Source: Candidatus Bathyarchaeota archaeon
Lineage (GTDB): Archaea > Thermoproteota > Bathyarchaeia > Bathyarchaeales > Bathycorpusculaceae
Assembly: GCA_963733095.1 (NCBI GenBank)
Contig: CAVTBV010000012.1
Location: 446,279 to 510,278, forward strand
DNA: 64,000 bases
Direction of reading: 5' to 3'
Shown in pieces: positions 57,064-64,000 of this stretch (positions are counted from its first letter, which is position 1; each line of letters starts with the position of its first letter). The position numbers and the translations under genes were made by a program. The notes under the pieces are model-generated. The model ran no database searches. It saw nothing but the letters and a program-made list of their open reading frames with translations, and was not told the origin of the DNA.

Positions 57064-57912
57064 ATGAAAACAAAAATAGTCTATTCAGAAAAATGTTTAG
57101 GCTATGGTACCTGGCACATTGAAGGGCCCCAGCGGGTAAAAGGGGCGCACGACATTTTGCAGAAGAAGGGTTATGGATTTGTTGAACCAACGCCAGCAAA
57201 CGACGATGATCTTTTATCGGTTCACGATGCTGATTACCTCTTTAACGTGAAAAAAGGCTTAGTTGAAGATTCAGACACACCGGCATACGCAAACATCTAT
57301 GAGTTCGCAAGACTCTCAGTAGGCGGCGCAATCTTAGCCAGTAAAATCAATGGTTTTTCGCTCATGCGTCCTCCCGGTCACCATGTTGGCAGAAGCGGGG
57401 CAGCACTGGGCGTTTATACACGGGGATTCTGTTACTTAAATAACATCGCTATAGCCGTAAAAGAGTCGGGGAAACGTACATTAATCCTAGATATCGATGG
57501 CCACCACGGAAACGGCACGCAAGAAATTTTCCAAGGCGATGAAAAAGTCGTTTATTTGTCGCTTCATCAATCACCCAATTATCCTGGAACGGGTCATTTC
57601 ACTGAGGATAACTGCATAAATTTTGCGTTATCAGGCAATCTGGGAGGAAAAAGATATCTTGAAACCCTCGATAGAGCGTTGAGTATGGTGGATTTGTCAA
57701 AGTTTGAGGCGGTTGCTGTATCCGCGGGTTTTGATACTCATGATGGAGATTTAGCAACTTTGGGCTTAGTCGAACAGGATTACTTTGAGATTGGCAAAAG
57801 AGTTGCGTTCCTCAAGAAACCAGCGTTCTTTGTTCTTGAAGGCGGTTACGTAGGTGAAAAGGTAGGTTTGGATATTGATAGTCTTTTGAGGGGATATGAA
57901 AAGAACTGTTAG
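57064..57912 (+). CDS. histone deacetylase family amidohydrolase
   Basis: RPPGHH, GFCYLNN, DIDGHHGNGT, SAGFD and LEGGY. Confidence 0.9.
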   Translation: MKTKIVYSEKCLGYGTWHIEGPQRVKGAHDILQKKGYGFVEPTPANDDDLLSVHDADYLFNVKKGLVEDSDTPAYANIYEFARLSVGGAILASKINGFSLMRPPGHHVGRSGAALGVYTRGFCYLNNIAIAVKESGKRTLILDIDGHHGNGTQEIFQGDEKVVYLSLHQSPNYPGTGHFTEDNCINFALSGNLGGKRYLETLDRALSMVDLSKFEAVAVSAGFDTHDGDLATLGLVEQDYFEIGKRVAFLKKPAFFVLEGGYVGEKVGLDIDSLLRGYEKNC

Positions 57913-57922
57913 GGAAAAAGGT

Positions 57923-58546
57923 TTATTTTTGTTTTTTTGCGTTTGCCTTTTTATTTAGTTCTTGCAGTTTTTCTGTGATTTTTTCGGATCGTTTTTCGGC
58001 GATGGCTAAGAGTGGTTTCCAATCTTTACTCTTGATGCAGAGAGCTAGTTTTTCTGTTTGAGCAGGTAGGAGGGCTAATGCATCGTTGAAGCGTTTTTCA
58101 GCTGCTTCATCAGATTCTACGATTTCTAAGGCTTCTTCTGGGCAAGCTTCGACACATTTTGGTTCGCCGTCACAAAGGTTGCATGCGATGGCTTTTCCTG
58201 TGTCGGCGTGGATGGTGATTCCGCCGTGGTCGCAGGCTTGAACACACCAGTCGCAGCCTTTACATTTGGATTCATTGATGATTAGTAATCCTGTGCTTTC
58301 TGATTGACTTAGCGCGCGCTCAGGGCATGCTTTTACACATTTAGCGTCGTTGCATCCTCGACAGGTTAAAGCAAAATTGAAGACAGGCGCCATGCGGACT
58401 ACTCGAATTCTGGACCTCAGGGGGTTCCATACACCTTCGCCCTTCTCTACTGTGCAAGCATACTCACAGATACCGCATCCAATGCATTTGCCTGGGTCAA
58501 CTGAAACGAATTTTCTCTGTTGAGTTTTAGCAGACATGGTTACCAA
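57923..58546 (-). CDS. polyferredoxin 4Fe-4S subunit (DmsB/AorA-like)
   Basis: Four Cys motifs: CIGCGICEYAC, CRGC..CVKACP, CKGCDWCVQAC and CNLC..CVEACP. Confidence 0.88.
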   Translation of the reverse strand: MVTMSAKTQQRKFVSVDPGKCIGCGICEYACTVEKGEGVWNPLRSRIRVVRMAPVFNFALTCRGCNDAKCVKACPERALSQSESTGLLIINESKCKGCDWCVQACDHGGITIHADTGKAIACNLCDGEPKCVEACPEEALEIVESDEAAEKRFNDALALLPAQTEKLALCIKSKDWKPLLAIAEKRSEKITEKLQELNKKANAKKQK

Positions 58547-58721
58547 ACCTTTTTGGTGTTAAAGTATCACTGCACACATTGGCTTTTAACCGTTACTTAA
58601 AAAAAACGTCAATCCCATGAAAAAACCATCGACCACCACAGGTATTCCCTGTTAATCGGAAGAAGTCTGATGTTCCCTATGCTAAGGCTTAAGGTTGAAA
58701 AGAGACCTAAGAATGAAAGAT

Positions 58722-58931
58722 TTATTTTGGTTGAGATGGAGGACTCCAGGGCGTTTCAGAATGCAGTTTGCCGCCAGTTGCCCAGTTTTCTCTTGGTATT
58801 TCAACAATCATAACGGTGGTGGCTTGACTTGGAATGCCCATTTCCACAAAGACCTGGGTTATTCCTTCAACGACTTTTTTCTTGTTTTCAGGAGACATTC
58901 CTGCCCAGACAGAAACTTGCACATTCGGCAC
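58722..58931 (-). CDS. 4-oxalocrotonate tautomerase family protein
   Basis: The GTG start at 58931 exposes Pro1 (PNVQV); ..ENWATGG; GGTGA SD. Confidence 0.85.
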   Translation of the reverse strand: MPNVQVSVWAGMSPENKKKVVEGITQVFVEMGIPSQATTVMIVEIPRENWATGGKLHSETPWSPPSQPK

Positions 58932-59454
58932 ATAAATCACCAATTGCTAAAAGACACCGTGGCAAATTAATTTTTTCTAAAAGGCTTGGTTGGTGCGGGT
59001 GGCTGGATTGTTAATGTGCCTTTATGGTTTTTTTCTTTTTGTGTGGGTGTGGTGGAATAATAAATGCACACTACACTTGGGGCTTTGGAAATGGTTGCTT
59101 TTTTAGTTTAGGCTTGTTAGCTAATTCGGTTTTTGTTTGGGAAGAGAGTTTGCCCACACAACTCAACATGGAACCTATGCAGAGTAGTGTGGGTGTGAGT
59201 GTGCAGTATGTTGGGGAACTCTACGTCTTGTTTTCGGCTGTAGGTTTAGAGCAAGAAGCGCTTAATTGGGAGAATCGGGTTTGCTGCTTAAGGGCGCTGA
59301 TTGAGCGTTACAGAAAAAAGCTATAGCATTACTGATTTAGCAACATACATCCAAACGCAAATCAAACCCTAAAATACTAAAATAATAGTGGACCCGATGG
59401 GATATGCCTAATTATTTAAGCGAATCCCTTTATTTTTTCTTAACTACAAAAAGA

Positions 59455-59469
59455 GTGCGGAGGGTGGGA
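59455..59469. repeat. att-like direct repeat of the tRNA 3' end
   Basis: GTGCGGAGGGTGGGA is identical to 63980-63994. Confidence 0.8.
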
Positions 59470-59677
59470 CATCAACCCTATTTTACCGGTAAAACTCCCA
59501 AAATATGCCTTACATTCGAGCGGTAAATCCCGGTAAGCATAGCCGCACAACGGCATACCAAAAAAAGATTAACCGAAGTTCCATGGAAGAAAAGGTCAAG
59601 AAACGATTATTTGGAAAAAAAAGCCAAATTTGGAAATGGCGCGGGATGTTAGGTTTACAAGTATTGTTTGCAGGACC

Positions 59678-59719
59678 GTTTCAGTTTTTGAAACGGTTGT
59701 ATCGGAGTGTCCCTTAACT
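59678..59719 (+). promoter_or_regulatory. islet operator+TATA, copy A
   Basis: GTTTC-N7-GAAAC-N4-GTATC-ggagtgtccc-TTAACT. Confidence 0.75.
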
Positions 59720-59757
59720 TCAGGTTTCACAAATACAATTTGTGAGGCGAAAAAATA

Positions 59758-59988
59758 ATGAACCAAAAAATAAAAGGTGCCTTCATCATAGGAATAGTTC
59801 TATTTTCAGCAGTAGCTTCAATGTGTCTTCTCCCCACTTCCGCTGCCGTTAACGATGATGCTGACCAAACACGCGGCAGAACACAAGATCAAATCCAAGA
59901 TAAAGACTGCTTACAAGACAAAGATTGCAGTTTTGATTGCGCAAGAGACCAAGACCAGCTACGTACTAGGCTACAGATTAGAGATTGA
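59758..59988 (+). CDS. small exported protein with Q/D/R-rich repeats
   Basis: Signal-peptide-like N-terminus; DQTRGRTQDQIQDKDCLQDKDC..RDQDQLRTR. Confidence 0.7.
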   Translation: MNQKIKGAFIIGIVLFSAVASMCLLPTSAAVNDDADQTRGRTQDQIQDKDCLQDKDCSFDCARDQDQLRTRLQIRD

Positions 59989-60123
59989 TGAATGAAAAGC
60001 CTTAAGCTATAAAACAAAAATATCCTCATTTTTTTTAATCCCAAAAAGCAGCTAATCTGAAAAAACAATCTGTAACCTTTAACACCTGTATCTTATCGGC
60101 CAATTTTGATGGGTGAATTGAGC

Positions 60124-60165
60124 GTTTCGGGTTTTGAAATGCTCATTTCAAAGTGTCCCTTAACT
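60124..60165 (+). promoter_or_regulatory. islet operator+TATA, copy B
   Basis: GTTTC-N7-GAAAT-N4-ATTTC-aaagtgtccc-TTAACT. Confidence 0.75.
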
Positions 60166-60200
60166 GGAGGAATAATCAATACTATTGTCGGTGATTTGAA

Positions 60201-61229
60201 ATGCTCAAGAAAACAAAAGTAGCCGCAATAGCAATACTAGCGTCAATTATATTGGCAACAACTCCAGCAATGCTCTTAGCACAAGGACAGGTTCAAACTG
60301 CCCCTGCACAACAGATAGTGACACTCGCTGAAAGAGCAGCACAACAAGTCCAAAACCTAATCGACATGATAAACGCGAACGAGGACGCGCTTGCACAAAT
60401 CGACACCGTTGGCCTCGCAGATGAATTCGATGCGAACGTGACGTTGTACGAGATTGATGGCTTGAAAAAATTGGCAGATGTGCAGGAAGCGCTGACCAAC
60501 GCTAAGTACGAGGACGCAGTGGATTCTGCGGTTGAAGCTTTGAGTATTTTCAGAGAGGTTTACAGTTCAATACATGTTATCATGAAAGCAGCAGACCTGC
60601 AAAGAGATGACTTGATTGAGAATCAAGGACTGCTTGAAGCCATAGCACGCGAACAACAAAGGATCGATCGCCTCAGAGAAATTCTTTCGGTGGATGCGCT
60701 ACAAGACATCTTTGACACCCTTGATGCCACTACAGGACTGTTAAGTGAGGCTAAGACATTAGTGCTTGATGGTGATGTAGATGCGGCGAAGTCCACGTTT
60801 CTTAAAGCCAAAGAAAACATATCAGAAGTCTACGATTACTTGAAGGAGCAGGCTGTGGATTCCAACACTTGGCGACTCTACAACTACTGTGAACAAGCGC
60901 AAGAAAGAATCCGTGAAAGATTCAGATACGGCCAAGATCAAGGTGTCGACTTCACAAGTGTGCTGCAATCTTACGGTTACCAAACTGAAAGCCAATTTAT
61001 GGAAGCCCTCCAGAACCGTACTCAAACAGCCCAAGGCGAACAAAACTTTAGCAATGCCATGCAAGATTGCGACGAAGTCAGCCAAATGGTTCAACAAATG
61101 GAGCAAACGCTTAACCAAGAAATCTATAGACAGCGAGGACAGAATAGCTCTGGGTTCGGCGGCAGTGGCTCCGTCTCTGGCAATGGCGGCAGCGGCTCTG
61201 GCTATGGTGGTAGTGGCGGCGGTCTATAA
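60201..61229 (+). CDS. exported helical protein with Gly/Ser tail
   Basis: Signal peptide MLKKTKVAAIAILASIILA; acidic helical body; GGSG tail. Confidence 0.8.
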   Translation: MLKKTKVAAIAILASIILATTPAMLLAQGQVQTAPAQQIVTLAERAAQQVQNLIDMINANEDALAQIDTVGLADEFDANVTLYEIDGLKKLADVQEALTNAKYEDAVDSAVEALSIFREVYSSIHVIMKAADLQRDDLIENQGLLEAIAREQQRIDRLREILSVDALQDIFDTLDATTGLLSEAKTLVLDGDVDAAKSTFLKAKENISEVYDYLKEQAVDSNTWRLYNYCEQAQERIRERFRYGQDQGVDFTSVLQSYGYQTESQFMEALQNRTQTAQGEQNFSNAMQDCDEVSQMVQQMEQTLNQEIYRQRGQNSSGFGGSGSVSGNGGSGSGYGGSGGGL

Positions 61230-61272
61230 GAATAAAAGGGAAAAATCGTTTCCCAAATTCTCTTTTTTGTTT

Positions 61273-62142
61273 TTATTTCTTGAGTTGAACCCGGTTTTCA
61301 AGACCGATGCGCTTTATTTCAACAAGTTCCAGTCCTTCAAGGCGTCTGACGAGTCTCCAAAGGCTTGTCCTGGGCATGTCTGGAAACCGCTCGCGTATTT
61401 CAGCCTCGAAGGCTTTGCCGTCTTTTTCAGCCAAGAACTCGATTACGGCTATGTCTTCCTTCACTAAATCAGGATGTCGCCTCAGTATCTTTTTGACGTT
61501 AATTGTTTTTTTTCGCCTAACCACAAATATCATAATGAGAATAGCTACTGCGACTACGATTGCTGTAGCGATCAAATATTCGATTGGAATCGCCCATGCT
61601 CCGTTGTTCTGGACTTCCAGCTCCAATGGCACTATATAGCTAAGTTCCCATTGACCTTGATGCAGAGCCAAGGATAATTCCTCGCCAGCTGTGTCTATTG
61701 TAGTTGGCACTTGATTTAGGTATACGATTGTTGAGTTCTTAGGCAATGAGACTGTTAGGTTATAGGGATGATTCAGGATTAGAGTCCATACATCTGCTTC
61801 TTTATTCGTAAGTGCGATAGTATCATATTCAACCGAGACGCGAGAGGCCCCTAAAGTGAAGACAGTAAGATTTACTATGTTTTGCTCGTAGTCTACAGCC
61901 AGTTGATTTTCGTCAAGAACCATCAGGTTTTCAACAGATGAAGATAGAAGAGGCAAGACTACTTCAGGAAGCAGACTATCTACGATTAGAGTTTGTGTGA
62001 CGTGAGTTAGCCCGTCTCTATAAACTTTGATTGTCATGGTTTCGACTTCGAACGAGAACTCAGCTACAGCTGAACTGAATGTCGATAAAAGGAAAAACGT
62101 AAACAGGGCTATGGCGCTGATTCGCAGACAGTAGAGTTTCAT
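61273..62142 (-). CDS. membrane-anchored winged-helix regulator (COG2512-like)
   Basis: Signal peptide, beta-rich ectodomain, TM ending in RRKK, and C-terminal wHTH (EAEIRERF..PRTSLWRLVRRLEGLELVEIKRIG.ENRV). Confidence 0.82.
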   Translation of the reverse strand: MKLYCLRISAIALFTFFLLSTFSSAVAEFSFEVETMTIKVYRDGLTHVTQTLIVDSLLPEVVLPLLSSSVENLMVLDENQLAVDYEQNIVNLTVFTLGASRVSVEYDTIALTNKEADVWTLILNHPYNLTVSLPKNSTIVYLNQVPTTIDTAGEELSLALHQGQWELSYIVPLELEVQNNGAWAIPIEYLIATAIVVAVAILIMIFVVRRKKTINVKKILRRHPDLVKEDIAVIEFLAEKDGKAFEAEIRERFPDMPRTSLWRLVRRLEGLELVEIKRIGLENRVQLKK

Positions 62143-62286
62143 GCGATTTCACATTATATTTGTTTATCTTAGTTAAGATTTTTGTGTATCCTGAATACAG
62201 TTCGAGTGCGTTGGCAAGTTTGAGATAAGCCAGAATTGACATGTGTCCACTGTGGAAGGTTGAAACGCTGAAACACAGATAGGGGT

Positions 62287-62328
62287 GTTCCAATTTTTGA
62301 AACGCTTATTTCAAAATATCCCTTAAGT
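62287..62328 (+). promoter_or_regulatory. islet operator+TATA, copy C
   Basis: GTTCC-N7-GAAAC-N4-ATTTC-aaaatatccc-TTAAGT. Confidence 0.75.
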
Positions 62329-62363
62329 TAGACGTCAATATATATTGTATCTCGTGATTAACG

Positions 62364-63152
62364 ATGAAAACAAGAAGAATAACTAGAAACAAACTCGGCG
62401 CCTTCATCATGGCCTTAATGATCGTTGCATATATTGTACCTCTGTGTGCAGCCGTCGGTGGTTCTGGGGAAACTTCGGGCGATGGCAAATACCCAGAAGT
62501 ACCCGGTGCCCCTGACAATGCAGTGCAATACAACAAAACCGACACTACACCCGTAGCCGAAATGGCGCAAGTTGCTGTCGGAGAACCCGCACTATTTCAA
62601 TATAGAAATATGACTATGCTGATGAATTGCTCAAAGAACTGCGAGGTAATCTTCTCTGCAGACCCAGACGTAACACCCAAGATCTTAGGGCTATCCGTGG
62701 AACCCAATCAGACAATGACACTTACTATGAACATGTACGGCTCTCCGCTTCAAGGCGAACAGGTTATGGAGCGAACTTTGAATTTCTACTTAGGAATAGA
62801 GCCAAACGCTGAATTACAGTTAACGGCGCAGATAAAATTACACATCAACCAGACAGGGCTAAGTCAAGAGCTAAACAGAGAAGTTAACGCCTCAAGACTC
62901 ACATGGATGTATTGGAACACGACACAAGCACAATGGGTGCATGTTGAAAGCGTCATTGACCAAAACGGTTACCTAGTATGCAACACTGACCACTTCTCAA
63001 CCTGGACCGTAGCAGAACTCGCAGATACAACAGAACCCTTAACCGATACGACCCAGAGTGGAATGCCAGTCGAATACCTCTACATAGGAACTGCAGTAAT
63101 CGCCATAGTCGTGGTCGTAGCCGGAGTATTCGCGTTCAAGAAACATAAATGA
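62364..63152 (+). CDS. cell-surface protein with C-terminal membrane anchor
   Basis: Signal peptide; YWN..W..TDHFSTW; Thr-rich linker; TM followed by KKHK. Confidence 0.8.
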   Translation: MKTRRITRNKLGAFIMALMIVAYIVPLCAAVGGSGETSGDGKYPEVPGAPDNAVQYNKTDTTPVAEMAQVAVGEPALFQYRNMTMLMNCSKNCEVIFSADPDVTPKILGLSVEPNQTMTLTMNMYGSPLQGEQVMERTLNFYLGIEPNAELQLTAQIKLHINQTGLSQELNREVNASRLTWMYWNTTQAQWVHVESVIDQNGYLVCNTDHFSTWTVAELADTTEPLTDTTQSGMPVEYLYIGTAVIAIVVVVAGVFAFKKHK

Positions 63153-63977
63153 CCGCAAACAAGTAACTCTCTCCTTTTTCCTTTTTTTATTTATCCATTT
63201 ACCCTCGCGTCATAGTTAATCCAGCCATTTTTGTAAGGGCATAGAATGCGATTCTCGCTGTGACAGAACCATTTTCCTGTGAAGTAAACCAGCATAACTT
63301 CAACAACAATAAACACGAACGCTACTTAGTCACCGCTTAACAGAACAGTATTAACTTAAGCCCAAACACACCAGCAAACCAAGCAACAAGAAGAGAAATT
63401 GCTTAACCGCTAACTTTAGGTTAAATTACTCCCATTTTCCGCTACTTTACGTAAACTCTATCTGAACAACTCGGCAATCCACGCACAAGATCCTGAGAAT
63501 CTTAGAAACTGGACTTTCATGGGTATCTTTGGTGTAGTGACGAGTTTCCTTCTTACACGCAGGACCCACGAACCGCCCTGCAAAGTGCGCATCAGCTTGA
63601 TTCAATAAAATTGCTCTCGCCATTCTATTAAAAGTACGAGGGTTCAAATCAGTCCACTGCCTAATTGCCAAAATAACACACGCTAAAACCTCAAACAAGT
63701 GAAGTAGTTTTGGCTCTCACCAAAATTAAGTGGATTCGAACCAAAAATGGTTTAGGTCTCTACCGGGTTTAGCCCTCAGCGGGTATTAGCCCAAATAAAT
63801 GAGTCTGTTCCTTAAATCAAAAACAAGCAATTAACCCAAATTGAAGAATAATGAAGAGAGCTCAGCAAAGAGGCAAACATTTTTGCCGGTAAACTTTTGT
63901 TCAATTTTTAGCTTTCTCACATAAAACTATAAATTGAGTTTATTTTGTCAAATTAAGCTTAAAATAAGCTTGAATTT

Positions 63978-64000
63978 TGGTGCGGAGGGTGGGATTTGAA
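63978..64000 (-). tRNA. 3' end of a tRNA, probably tRNA-Leu (partial)
   Basis: Minus strand reads TTCAAATCCCACCCTCCGCACCA: T-loop, 3' acceptor strand CCTCCGC, discriminator A and CCA. The anticodon is outside the window. Confidence 0.75.

Larger units (their letters stand above)
59455..63994. mobile_element. 4.5-kb tRNA-anchored genomic islet, no integrase seen
   Basis: Bounded by a 15-bp direct repeat, one copy inside the tRNA 3' end. Confidence 0.6.

Noticed and set aside
59024-59717. ORFs 59024-59326 and 59505-59717
   Set aside because: The first follows a compositionally biased tract; the second runs through the islet promoter. Neither has motifs.
150-62812. Many short ORF-track entries antisense to or nested in identified genes (e.g. 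1024-1347, 12963-13502, 46710-47207, 60889-61467)
   Set aside because: They are shadow ORFs of well-supported genes, with no motifs.
63447-63698. 83-aa minus-strand ORF as an integrase or Zn-ribbon protein
   Set aside because: No recombinase motifs and only one CxxC; at best a degraded remnant.
63636-63745. T-loop-like strings GGTTCAAATC and GGTTCGAATCC (minus strand)
   Set aside because: No convincing T-stem or acceptor stem could be paired around either.
1-64000. CRISPR array, rRNA, provirus or nitrogenase system
   Set aside because: No repeat-spacer array, rRNA-like sequence, viral structural genes or nifHDK were seen; NifX-like domains alone do not imply nitrogen fixation.

Overview
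Archaeal chromosome segment. Gene content and protein types suggest Bathyarchaeia; this is an inference, not a search result. (1) 1-16 kb: a HAD-purD-purF block, a complete archaeal ACDS operon (cdhABCDE) with two CooC-type ATPases, and an atypical B12-binding protein. (2) About 17-45 kb: a partly decaying metal/Fe-S/redox region encoding Mrp/NBP35, five NifB/NifX-type domains, two COG1149 ATPases, peroxiredoxin, ferredoxins, ferritin-like proteins, OsmC, flavodoxin and AOR. It also holds many pseudogenes, chimeric deletion scars, an IS remnant and an internal duplication. Six promoters here share a paired 15-bp palindrome (GTTTR-N5-TAAAC-like, boxes 31 bp apart, flanking the TATA box); one lies directly upstream of an Lrp/AsnC gene with a Cys-rich tail. 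(3) 45-59 kb: FrhB-like, MTHFR-like, cofE, a GCS2/RLAN/RimK ligase set, two deoxyhypusine synthase paralogues, argS and an HDAC-family gene. (4) 59.4-64 kb: a 4.5-kb islet bounded by a tRNA 3' end (probably Leu) and a 15-bp copy of it. It encodes a membrane-anchored winged-helix protein and three exported proteins whose promoters share the same 42-bp operator+TATA layout, a candidate self-contained transmembrane one-component regulon. All calls come from reading motifs by eye; no searches were run.
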